From an uncultured Microthrixaceae bacterium (GTDB lineage: Bacteria > Actinomycetota > Acidimicrobiia > Acidimicrobiales > Microtrichaceae), in the NCBI GenBank assembly GCA_964391365.1, contig CAYMKW010000003.1:10814-74813 (forward strand): a stretch of DNA of 64,000 nucleotides. The letters run 5' to 3'. Shown piece by piece: positions 56,561 through 64,000 of this stretch (positions are counted from its first letter, which is position 1; every line of letters starts with the position of its first letter). The translations under genes were made by a program, and so were the position numbers. The notes below the pieces were generated by a model, which ran no database searches, was not told the DNA's origin, and saw only the letters and a program-made list of their open reading frames with translations.

Positions 56561-57525
56561 GCCCGGAGCCCCGAATCCAGTGAACCCAGTTGTTCGACCA
56601 GGGCGGCGGCCAGGGTGTCGAGTCCGTCGCGACCCAGGTCAGAGGTGAACAGGTCCGGGAGCAGTAGCTGGGGGAGCGGCAACTGGTCGGCGAGTCGGGC
56701 GAGCTGCTCCTGCTGCAGGTCGCTGCGAGCGGCCCGGAACCGGGCCGCTCCGCGCAAGGCCTCGGCCTCTCCCTCGACCAGGGCCACTCCGGCGGCGGCC
56801 GCAGCAACCTCCGGGTCCACCGCCAGTCCGGCGAGCGGCGGGTGGACGCCGTTCACGATGACCGGCCCGAGCGCCACGCCGATCCGGTCCTCGAGGCTGT
56901 AGGCGGTCTCGACGAGCTCGTTCACGGGGGTCTCCTCCGGGGCGGTCACCAGGAGCACCCGGCAGCGGTCGGGGTCGCTGAGCAGGTCCTGGACGTCGCG
57001 GGCCTGGGCGTTGATGGGTCCGACGCCGACGGCGTCGAGCAGGCCGCTCGCCGACTGCAGGAAGGTGATCGCATGGCCGGCGGCCGGGGCGTCCACGAGG
57101 ACCAGGTCGAAGGCCCCGGAGCGCTCGAGCTGCTTGACCTTGCCCAGGACGAGGATGTCCCGGATGCCGGGGATCGCCGTGGCGATCATGTCGAGCAGGC
57201 CCGAGCTCACCAGCCGCTTGGAGAGCCGTTGCAGCCCCCGTTCGTTGAGGTAGTCCAACAGGGCGTCGTCCGGAGTCACCGTGCGGGCATGGACGCCCGC
57301 ATGGTCACGGGCGGCGTCGACCAGGACCTGTTCGTCGTAGGAGAGGCGACCCGTCTCGAACGCCGAGGCCATGGAGTCCTTGCCCTCGACCTCGACGATG
57401 AGCACCCGCAGTCCCACCGACGACGCGGCCACGGCCAGTGCGGCGGTGACCGTCGTCTTGCCGACTCCGCCCTTCCCGGCGACGATGATCACGCCGGAAG
57501 CGGTGAGAAACTGCGCTGGTTCCAC
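56557..57525 (-). CDS. ArsA/Get3-family P-loop ATPase (pair member 1)
   Basis: VIIVAGKGGVGKTTVTAALAVAASSVGLRVLIVEVEGK and FDLVLVDAPAAGHAITFL are present. There is a 4-nt overlap with member 2. Confidence 0.85.
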   Translation of the reverse strand: MEPAQFLTASGVIIVAGKGGVGKTTVTAALAVAASSVGLRVLIVEVEGKDSMASAFETGRLSYDEQVLVDAARDHAGVHARTVTPDDALLDYLNERGLQRLSKRLVSSGLLDMIATAIPGIRDILVLGKVKQLERSGAFDLVLVDAPAAGHAITFLQSASGLLDAVGVGPINAQARDVQDLLSDPDRCRVLLVTAPEETPVNELVETAYSLEDRIGVALGPVIVNGVHPPLAGLAVDPEVAAAAAGVALVEGEAEALRGAARFRAARSDLQQEQLARLADQLPLPQLLLPDLFTSDLGRDGLDTLAAALVEQLGSLDSGLRA

Positions 57526-57576
57526 AGTGTTCCTTCGGTCGTGGATCGAGGCGGACGGATCGACGGAGGCACGCCG

Positions 57577-58992
57577 GTGAGACGACGAGCAGGTGCGGGA
57601 CCGAGGCTACCGGGGAGCCCGCGCCGGGCTGTGCTCGCCCTCGTGGCCCTGGCGCTCGCCGCGCTCCCGGTCCTGGGAGGGCTCGCCGGTTCCGCCGGTG
57701 CCGCCGTCGGGACGGGTGTCCAGGACGAGCCGGTCCCGACCACCACCGGAGCGAACCGGGACGACTCCGGTGCGCCGGCGACCTGCGAGGAGGTGGGGTG
57801 CCTGGACGTCGTCGCGGTCGACGGCCTCCTCGACGAGATCGAGGCCGACTTCGTGATCGACACGCTGGCGGGCGCCCGGGCCGCCGACGGGGTCGTCGCG
57901 GTGGTGCTCCAGCTCGACTCGGCAGGCGCCGCCGTCGACGACGCCCGTCTCTCCCAGGTGGCGACGGCGATCGCGAGTGCCGACGTGCCGGTGTCGATCT
58001 GGATCGGCCCGTCCGGGGCGACGGCCCGCGGCTCGGTGGTCGACCTGGTGCAGGTGGCGGACTCCTCGGGCATCTCTCCGGGTTCGACGATCGGCGACGC
58101 CGGACCGCAGGCCCTCGACCCGGACCAGTTCGGCGACCTCCTGGTCGGAGGTGCCTCGGTGGCCCGCACCGAGGTCCTCGGCGCCCAGGAGGCGGTCGAT
58201 GCCGGTGTCGTGGACCGCTTCTCGCCCACGGTGCTCGAGCACATCGTGGAGCTCGAGGGCGTCCGGACCGAGACCCTCACCGAGGACGGCCAGCGCCGCC
58301 AGGTTCCGGTCACGGTCGTCCGGTTCTCCAAGCTCCCGCTCCTGGTCCAGTTGTTCCACACCGCGGCGAGCCCGTCGGTGGCCTACCTCCTGCTCGTCAT
58401 CGGCCTCGGGCTGCTGCTCTTCGAGTTCTTCACCGCCGGCGTCGGCGTGGCCGGCGTGGTGGGCGCCGTCAGCCTGGTCCTCGGCGGCTACGGGGTCGCC
58501 GAACTGCCCCGGGCGGGATGGGCGCTGGCGCTGCTCGTCGGAGGCATCGTGGCGGTGGCCGTCGACGTCCAGACGGGGATCCCGCGGGCGTGGTCGATCA
58601 TCGGGACGACCATGTTCACGATCGGGTCCGTCTTCCTGTTCACCGAGTTCCGCCCGACCTGGATCGCGCTCCTGGTCGGGATCATCGGCATGGCCGTCGT
58701 GGTGTTCTCGGGGATGCCGGCCATGGTCCGCACCCGGTTCGCCACCCCGACGATCGGTCGCGAACAACTCGTGGGTGAGCTGGGCACGGCGATCGAAGGG
58801 GTCGAGCCCGAGGGAACCGTGCAGGTGCTCGGTGGTCTGTGGCGGGCCCGGACGAACCGGGCGACCCCGATCCCGGCGGGTGGGCGGGTCCGCGTGCTGT
58901 CGATCGATGGGCTGGTGCTCGAGGTCGAGCCCGAGGTGGGTGGCGCCATGGACTACCGGGAGATGCGCGGGCGACGGTCCCGGACCGAGTGA
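57577..58992 (+). CDS. NfeD-family membrane-bound ClpP-class protease-like protein
   Basis: The GTG at 57577 follows GGAGG. A signal/TM segment is followed by a ClpP-like domain (VVAVVLQLDSAGAAVDD...VSIWIGPSGATARGS). Then come 4-5 TM helices and the NfeD OB domain GTVQVLGGLWRARTNRATPIPAGGRVRVLSIDGLVLEVE. Confidence 0.8.
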   Translation: MRRRAGAGPRLPGSPRRAVLALVALALAALPVLGGLAGSAGAAVGTGVQDEPVPTTTGANRDDSGAPATCEEVGCLDVVAVDGLLDEIEADFVIDTLAGARAADGVVAVVLQLDSAGAAVDDARLSQVATAIASADVPVSIWIGPSGATARGSVVDLVQVADSSGISPGSTIGDAGPQALDPDQFGDLLVGGASVARTEVLGAQEAVDAGVVDRFSPTVLEHIVELEGVRTETLTEDGQRRQVPVTVVRFSKLPLLVQLFHTAASPSVAYLLLVIGLGLLLFEFFTAGVGVAGVVGAVSLVLGGYGVAELPRAGWALALLVGGIVAVAVDVQTGIPRAWSIIGTTMFTIGSVFLFTEFRPTWIALLVGIIGMAVVVFSGMPAMVRTRFATPTIGREQLVGELGTAIEGVEPEGTVQVLGGLWRARTNRATPIPAGGRVRVLSIDGLVLEVEPEVGGAMDYREMRGRRSRTE

Positions 58993-59090
58993 TGCTCGCG
59001 AGAGTGAGCGAAGTGCTCGCGAATTCATCGTTGTCCGGTCCCCGCAGGCCTGCCTAGGGTCTCCGCACGCCGTGACTGGGGGGTCGTTCG

Positions 59091-59348
59091 GTGAGTGCAC
59101 AACCATCTCGTGTGACGTGGCAGGACCGAGCGGCCTGCAGGGGACCGCAGGCGGTCGTCTTCTTCCCGCCGCCGAGCTTCGAACGCAAGGCCGACCGTCA
59201 GGAGCGCGAACTCCGCGCCAAGGCGATCTGCTCGGAGTGCTCGGCCCGGGTCGAGTGCCTGGAGTACGCCCTGGACATCAGGGAGCCCCACGGCGTCTGG
59301 GGCGGGCTGAACGAGTCCGAGCGGAACCAGCTCCTCGAGGCCCGCTGA
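59091..59348 (+). CDS. WhiB-family Fe-S transcriptional regulator
   Basis: WQDRAACRG...AKAICSECSARVECLEYALDIREPHGVWGGLNESER contains 4 Cys and the GVWGG turn. Confidence 0.9.
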   Translation: MSAQPSRVTWQDRAACRGPQAVVFFPPPSFERKADRQERELRAKAICSECSARVECLEYALDIREPHGVWGGLNESERNQLLEAR

Positions 59349-59402
59349 GCGCACGCTCACGTCGGGGAGCCCTTCCGGCGCCCACCACCTAACCTGCGAG
59401 GC

Positions 59403-59951
59403 GTGATCGGTCTCGCCGTCCTCCTCGCCATCGTCGCGTTGGGCGTCGCCCAGCTGTGGTCGATCGTGGCCGTGGCGAACGTGATCGGGGTCCTGTGGAC
59501 CGCAGCGCTCATCGCCACCTGCGTGGTGGTGGGACTCTGGCTGGTGGCCCGACAGGGTGCGTCGGTGCTCCGCCGGGCGCAGACCGACCTGGCCGCTGGC
59601 CGCTCACCCTCCCGGGTCGTGGCCGACGGGGTCCTGGTCGCGACGGCCGGTGCGTGTCTGCTCGTACCCGGGTTCGTCACCGCCGCCGTCGGGTTCCTGC
59701 TCCTCCTCCCGCCGGTCCGATCACTGGCTCGACCGGCCCTCGAGCGCTGGTGGTCCCGGCGCGTGCAGCGCGGTGGTGGAGCGTTCCGGTCGGCGTCGTT
59801 CGGGACCGCCGGGCCGGGCGGCGCAGTGTTCCGCACGGTGATCATCGGCGACGTCGATCCCGGGCGGGGAACGGCGGAGGACGAGGTGCTCGAGGCCGAG
59901 GTGATCGACGTTCGGGTCGACTCGCCGCGTGAACTCCCACCCGGCTCGTGA
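59403..59951 (+). CDS. fxsA: FxsA-family cytoplasmic membrane protein
   Basis: TM helices are present together with the family motif ADGVLVATAGACLLVPGFVTAAVGFLLLLPPVR. Confidence 0.8.
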   Translation: MIGLAVLLAIVALGVAQLWSIVAVANVIGVLWTAALIATCVVVGLWLVARQGASVLRRAQTDLAAGRSPSRVVADGVLVATAGACLLVPGFVTAAVGFLLLLPPVRSLARPALERWWSRRVQRGGGAFRSASFGTAGPGGAVFRTVIIGDVDPGRGTAEDEVLEAEVIDVRVDSPRELPPGS

Positions 59952-60817
59952 GCGGGGTCTTCTCGACGTCGGTCGACGAACCCGGGTCGGTTCCGGTCCG
60001 GCCTGCGGCCACCGTCATGTTGGTGCGTGACCGCGCAGCGGGAGGCGGTCTCGAGGTCTGCCTGATGCAGCGGAACCTGAACTCCGACTTCGTGGGCGGC
60101 GCCTACGTGTTCCCGGGCGGGGGACTCGACCCCGAGGACAGCGACGTCCGGCTGGCACTCCGGTGTCGCGGCCTCGACGACACCGAGGCCTCCCGGCGTC
60201 TCGACCTCGGGTCGGGCGGTCTCGCCTACTGGTTCGCGACCGTCCGTGAGGCGTTCGAGGAGGCGGGCGTGCTCCTGGCGGGCCGAGCCGACGGGTTGCC
60301 GGTCGGCTTCGACGACCCGACCGTGGCCGAACGGTTCGAGCGTCACCGGGGCCGGGTCGACCGCTCGGAGTGCACGCTCCTCGAGGTCCTCGAGGAGGAG
60401 GACCTGGTGGTCGACGGATCGACGCTCCACTACTTCGCCCGTTGGATCACGCCCCTCGGTGCCCCACGTCGGTACGACACGAGGTTCTTCCTCGCAGCGG
60501 CGCCCGAGACCCAGGAGGTGCGCCAGGACGACCGGGAACTGATCGGGACCGCCTGGATGCGACCCGGAGAGGCGCTGGCTCGTCACGAGGCGGGGGAGAT
60601 CACCATGATCTTCCCGACGATCCGCACGCTCGTCGCCCTCGACCGCTTCGACTCGTCCGGGGCGGCGCTCGCCCATGCCGCGGCTGTCGCCGAGGTCCCG
60701 GCGGTGCTCCCGACGCTGGTCGAGTCCGCGCACGGACTGCGGATCAGGCTCCCCGGCGATCCAGAGGGAACCGGAGGTCTCTACGACGCGTTCACGGGGC
60801 TCCCGGCCCCGGAGTGA
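59948..60817 (+). CDS. NUDIX-family hydrolase
   Basis: PAATVMLVRD...YVFPGGGLDPED...VREAFEEAGVLL is a Nudix box with a long insert. There is a 4-nt overlap with fxsA. The stop lies inside the first unit of the 23-bp repeat. Confidence 0.75.
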   Translation: MSGVFSTSVDEPGSVPVRPAATVMLVRDRAAGGGLEVCLMQRNLNSDFVGGAYVFPGGGLDPEDSDVRLALRCRGLDDTEASRRLDLGSGGLAYWFATVREAFEEAGVLLAGRADGLPVGFDDPTVAERFERHRGRVDRSECTLLEVLEEEDLVVDGSTLHYFARWITPLGAPRRYDTRFFLAAAPETQEVRQDDRELIGTAWMRPGEALARHEAGEITMIFPTIRTLVALDRFDSSGAALAHAAAVAEVPAVLPTLVESAHGLRIRLPGDPEGTGGLYDAFTGLPAPE

Positions 60818-60904
60818 TCGGGCTCCCGGCCCCGGAGTGATCGGGCTCCCGGCCCCGGAGTGATCGGGCTCCCGGCCCCGGAGTGATCGGGCTTCCGGCC
60901 CCGG
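60797..60904. repeat. 23-bp direct tandem repeat, ~4.7 copies
   Basis: The unit GGGCTCCCGGCCCCGGAGTGATC occupies 60797-60819, 60820-60842, 60843-60865 and 60866-60888 (all identical). A partial unit with one mismatch runs from 60889 to about 60904. The repeat fills the whole NUDIX/mrp convergent gap. Confidence 0.9.
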
Positions 60905-60905
60905 G

Positions 60906-62081
60906 TCAGCCTGCGGCGTCGGCGGCGGCGAGCGCAGCGTCCACCGCAGCGAGCATCCGGGCACTGCAGCCGCTCAGGTCGGTCGGGGGCACGGCCTCCT
61001 CGACGAGGAGCCGGGCGAGTTCTCCGAACGCCTCGGCAGCCGCACCGCCGGCCAGGGCCACCGGCGTGCCGGCATCACCGCCGGCCGAGACGGCCGGCTC
61101 GATCGGGATCGATCCCAGCAGCGGCACGCCGACCGCGTCGGCGAGTGCCTGCCCGCCGCCGGAACCGAAGATCCGGTGCTCACGCCCGTCCTCGTCGACG
61201 TAGACCGACATGTTCTCGACGACGCCGACGATCCGGAGGAAGTTCTTCCGGCCCATGTCCACGACCCGGACCGCCACCTTCTGGGCGGCCTCGGCCGGGG
61301 TCGTGACGACGATCATCTCGGAACGAGGGAGCATCCGCGCCAGGCCCATCTGCACGTCACCGGTCCCGGGCGGCATGTCGATGAGCAGGTAGTCGAGATC
61401 GCCCCAGGCGACGTCCTCCAGGAAGTGCTGCACGGCCCGGTTGAGCACGAGGCCCCGCCACATCAGGGCCGCTTCCTCGTCCTCGACGAGGAAACCCATC
61501 GACACGACCTGCAGGAGGCCCGGGCCGATGGGCAGCTCCTGGGGGCGGATCTGCTGCCGCCCGCCGTCGGCCTCGAGGCGGCCGTCGAGCCCGAGCATCC
61601 GCGGAACCGAGAACCCCCAGATGTCCGCGTCCAGCACGCCGACGGTCCGGCCCTGTGCCGCGAGCGCCGCCGCCAGGTTGACGGTGACCGAGGACTTCCC
61701 GACGCCGCCCTTGCCGGAGGCGATCATCAGGACCTTCGTCCGGGCGGGCACCGTCGTGTGCTCCTCGCGCTCGGCGATGTTGCGACGGGCGCGCTCCATG
61801 GCGGTCGCCTTCTCCTCCTGGGTCAGTTCCGACCAGTCCATGCGGACCCTCGTGACGCCGGGCAGGGTTCCGACCCGAGCCCGGATGTCCCGTTGGATCT
61901 GCGCCCGCAACGGGCATCCCGAGGTCGTCAGCGCAACGGTCACGTGCACCACGCCGTCGGGGTCGACCCGGACACCCTTGGCCATGCCCAACTCGACGAT
62001 GTCAGAGCCGAGTTCCGGGTCGACCACGCCGCGGAGGAGTTCGGTGATCGATTCGGGTGTGGGGAGCGGGGCGTGATCCAC
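60906..62081 (-). CDS. mrp: Mrp/ApbC/NBP35-family Fe-S cluster carrier ATPase
   Basis: The N-terminal DUF59-like region is VDPELGSDIVELGM. The Walker A is MIASGKGGVGKSSVTVNLAAALA, and LLIDMPPGTGD follows. Confidence 0.92.
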   Translation of the reverse strand: MDHAPLPTPESITELLRGVVDPELGSDIVELGMAKGVRVDPDGVVHVTVALTTSGCPLRAQIQRDIRARVGTLPGVTRVRMDWSELTQEEKATAMERARRNIAEREEHTTVPARTKVLMIASGKGGVGKSSVTVNLAAALAAQGRTVGVLDADIWGFSVPRMLGLDGRLEADGGRQQIRPQELPIGPGLLQVVSMGFLVEDEEAALMWRGLVLNRAVQHFLEDVAWGDLDYLLIDMPPGTGDVQMGLARMLPRSEMIVVTTPAEAAQKVAVRVVDMGRKNFLRIVGVVENMSVYVDEDGREHRIFGSGGGQALADAVGVPLLGSIPIEPAVSAGGDAGTPVALAGGAAAEAFGELARLLVEEAVPPTDLSGCSARMLAAVDAALAAADAAG

Positions 62082-62136
62082 GATTCCATTTTACCGGTCT
62101 CGGCCGGGGAATCAGGTTCGGCGGTACGATGGGGAG

Positions 62137-62823
62137 GTGAGCGGCCGGGTGGATGCAGACGACGAGCACTCCCGGCTCGACCTGCTCAAGGCGCTCGGCG
62201 ACAACACCCGCTACGCCATCTACCTGGAGTTGGCTCGGTCCCCTCGCCCGCTGGCCACCGGCGACGTCTCGGCGTCGCTGGGCCTCCACCCCAACACGGT
62301 GCGACCCCACCTCGAGCGGATGCGGGAGGTGGGCCTGCTCGATGTCCGGCCCGACACCAGTGGCGGCGTCGGGCGTCCTCAGAAGCTCTACGAACTGAGT
62401 CCGCACTCGCCCTCGCTCGGGCTGGAACCACCGGTGTTCCCGATGGTGGCGCAGATGCTGCTCGACGTCGTCGTCGACTCCGGGGTCGACGCCGAGCCGG
62501 CGGCGGCCGCCGGACGGCGACAGGGTCGGAGACTCGCTCACGGTCCGGTCGCCGAGCGGGGCGGCTGTGTGGATGCGGCGGTCTGCATGCTCGACGACCT
62601 GGGCTTCGACCCGGCGTCGGTGGTGGAGGACGATGTGACGACCGTGGCCTTCGGGCACTGCCCCTTCGCCGAGCTCGCCGAGCGCCAGCCCGAGGTCGTG
62701 TGCTCGCTGCACCGGGGGCTGCTCGAGGGGTTCGTCGACGAGGTCGGCGGTGCGGAGGTCACGGACTTCCACGATCTCTCGCACCGGTCGCCGTGCTCCG
62801 CAGGGATCAGACGGCTCGACTGA
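62137..62823 (+). CDS. ArsR/SufR-like winged-helix regulator with C-terminal Cys motif
   Basis: The wHTH is LKALGDNTRYAIYLELARSPRPLATGDVSASLGLHPNTVRPHLERMREVGLL...GRPQKLYEL. The C-terminus is FGHCPFAELAERQPEVVCSLHRGLLEGF. Confidence 0.7.
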   Translation: MSGRVDADDEHSRLDLLKALGDNTRYAIYLELARSPRPLATGDVSASLGLHPNTVRPHLERMREVGLLDVRPDTSGGVGRPQKLYELSPHSPSLGLEPPVFPMVAQMLLDVVVDSGVDAEPAAAAGRRQGRRLAHGPVAERGGCVDAAVCMLDDLGFDPASVVEDDVTTVAFGHCPFAELAERQPEVVCSLHRGLLEGFVDEVGGAEVTDFHDLSHRSPCSAGIRRLD

Positions 62824-62899
62824 ACCGGACGCGCCTGTCTTTCCACGGCCACGACCGGTACAATCCGAGTCAGCTCACACTGAACTGGCGGAGGTAGCC

Positions 62900-63220
62900 A
62901 TGATCACCCTGACCGACGCAGCGACGACCAAGGTGGCCCAGCTCATCGAGGCCGAGGGCGAGGAGTCCCTGGCGTTGCGGGTGGCCGTCCGCCCCGGTGG
63001 CTGCTCGGGCTTCGCCTACGAGATGTTCTTCGACACCGACGTGGCCGCCGACGACCTCACCCAGGAGTTCGGTGACGTTCGGGTCGTGGTCGACCAGTCG
63101 AGCGCCCAGCTCCTCCACGGTGCGACGCTCGACTACAAGGACGGCCTCGACGAGTCCGGCTTCGCCATCACGAACCCGAACGCCCAGCGCACCTGCGGCT
63201 GCGGTCAGTCGTTCAGCTGA
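62900..63220 (+). CDS. erpA: iron-sulfur cluster insertion protein (HesB/IscA/ErpA family)
   Basis: The ATG at 62900 follows GGAGG. The protein reads MITLTDAATTKVAQLIE...LRVAVRPGGCSGFAYEMFFD and ends CGCGQSF. Confidence 0.9.
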   Translation: MITLTDAATTKVAQLIEAEGEESLALRVAVRPGGCSGFAYEMFFDTDVAADDLTQEFGDVRVVVDQSSAQLLHGATLDYKDGLDESGFAITNPNAQRTCGCGQSFS

Positions 63221-63228
63221 GCCACCGG

Positions 63229-63254
63229 CCGGACGGCGCTCGGGCGCGGTCCGG
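63229..63254. terminator. stem-loop in the convergent gap after erpA
   Basis: CCGGAC-G-GCGC-tcgg-GCGC-G-GTCCGG forms 6+4 bp with one G-G mismatch, between stops at 63220 (+) and 63257 (-). Confidence 0.4.
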
Positions 63255-63256
63255 AG

Positions 63257-64000
63257 TCAGGCGATCGTCTCGAACAGCGTCCGCAGTTCGGCCGTTCCGG
63301 CGACGGCATCTGCTCGGGCCCGGATGGTCCCGTCCCGGCCGATCAGGAAGATGGCCGGTTCCCAGTTGATCGCCAGGAGCTCGACGAGTTCCGTCGGGTC
63401 CGCCTCGAGCAGCTCTGGAACCGCCTTCGGATTCCGGTACGGCTCGGCGTGGATCGACGTGACCGTCGGGAAGCCCGCCGCGACCTCGACGAAGTTCGAC
63501 AGGGTCGGTCCGCAGCGGAGGTCCAGGCAGAACTCGGCGCTCCCCACGACCAGTGCCACCGGTCCGCCCGATCCGAGCGCAGCGTCGAGCGACGTGTCGT
63601 GCAGAGGGCACTGCGGCGACAGGGTGCAGATCGGGTCCACTGCCAATCGCTGGTCCATCGTCGGGGTCGCCGCCGACGGCATCCGGACACCGACCTGTGG
63701 CGTCACCACCGTTGCTGCGTCGTAGACCGCCACCCGGGCGGTCAACTCCTCGTCGTCCAGGGTGATCCGCACCTCGTGGACGACGGGTTCCTCGAAGGTC
63801 GTCTCGAGCGCCACGTACCCGGCGTCGGCCCCGTCACTGCGCCCCGTCAGTTCGATCCGGTCGCCCACCTGCCGGCCGTCACGCCAGACGGTGGCGGGCA
63901 GGATCGCGGGCAGGTCGTCGAGGAGCGTGCCGTCCGGGCGGGCGATCTGGAACGGCAGTCTGCTCGGGGCGCCGGCCGCCACGTAGGGCACCCCCGTGGG
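63257..64000 (-). CDS. hypothetical protein with thioredoxin-fold-like C-terminus (5' end probably beyond the window)
   Basis: The track ORF starts at GTG 63991, but the frame stays open to the window edge. The C-terminus AINWEPAIFLIGRDGTIRA resembles TlpA/redoxin-type proteins. No N-terminal signal is visible, which suggests truncation by the window. Confidence 0.5.
   Translation of the reverse strand, partial: PTGVPYVAAGAPSRLPFQIARPDGTLLDDLPAILPATVWRDGRQVGDRIELTGRSDGADAGYVALETTFEEPVVHEVRITLDDEELTARVAVYDAATVVTPQVGVRMPSAATPTMDQRLAVDPICTLSPQCPLHDTSLDAALGSGGPVALVVGSAEFCLDLRCGPTLSNFVEVAAGFPTVTSIHAEPYRNPKAVPELLEADPTELVELLAINWEPAIFLIGRDGTIRARADAVAGTAELRTLFETIA

Noticed and set aside
60797-60904. 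Possibility that the 23-bp repeat is a small CRISPR array
   Set aside because: The units are directly abutting with no spacers. They are shorter than typical CRISPR repeats, and no cas genes are nearby. This is a simple tandem repeat.
57607-62897. ORFs 57607..59106 (-), 59357..60964 (-) and 61176..62897 (+)
   Set aside because: They are antisense to the NfeD, FxsA/NUDIX and mrp/regulator genes, with Arg/Pro/Gly-rich composition.

Overview
This window is the chromosomal replication-origin neighbourhood of a very high-G+C Actinomycetota genome. G+C was judged by eye, not computed, and the class cannot be fixed from sequence alone. On the minus strand, dnaA-dnaN-recF-DUF721(dciA-like)-gyrB-gyrA-[TadE-like]-DUF3566-tRNA-Ile run leftwards from about 20.2 kb. 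On the plus strand, rpmH-rnpA-yidD-yidC-jag-rsmG-(2 x parS)-parA-parB run rightwards from about 20.7 kb. DnaA-box clusters lie in the dnaA-dnaN spacer (oriC candidate) and upstream of dnaA. To the right comes a conserved actinobacterial envelope block: cwlM-like, trxA, trxB, a small membrane protein, a Ser/Thr kinase, a DUF6049-like gene, GNAT and cca. It is followed by USP, a methyltransferase, DUF5318-like + PBP1A, panB, and rpsF-ssb-rpsR-rplI-dnaB, where dnaB carries a 381-aa intein. Housekeeping genes then follow: VOC, a UPF0104 membrane protein, aat, a 3-hydroxyacyl-CoA dehydrogenase, an S51-like gene, cyclophilin, ask, hemW, asd, MazG-like, CAP-domain, tRNA-Pro, an orphan receiver behind two ArsA/Get3-like ATPases, NfeD, WhiB, FxsA, NUDIX, mrp, a SufR/ArsR-like regulator and erpA. 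The left flank holds a partial acyl-CoA dehydrogenase, a DsbA-like gene, a secreted glucosaminidase-type hydrolase, TetR + fatty-acid-hydroxylase, tesB, a SnoaL-like gene, a hypothetical, IMPase/HisN, a WhiG/FliA-type sigma factor and a saccharopine-dehydrogenase-like gene. I found no rRNA, CRISPR array, transposase, integrase or recognisable defence or toxin system. The only mobile element is the DnaB intein. I did not find a convincing multi-gene novel system. The most unusual observations are: (1) two conserved genes (cwlM-like, aat) whose conserved N-termini have no ATG/GTG/TTG start; (2) a TadE-like pseudopilin gene translationally coupled between gyrA and the DUF3566 gene; (3) DnaA-box-like motifs, including a shared 14-mer, upstream of dnaA, dnaB and gyrB; (4) a 23-bp tandem repeat filling a convergent intergenic gap; (5) a 27-bp in-frame tandem repeat in the kinase; (6) an apparently active kinase where mycobacteria have a MurJ-pseudokinase fusion. 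Many long ORFs in the supplied track are antisense or out-of-frame shadows typical of high-G+C DNA and were rejected. The track labels GTG/TTG starts as M.
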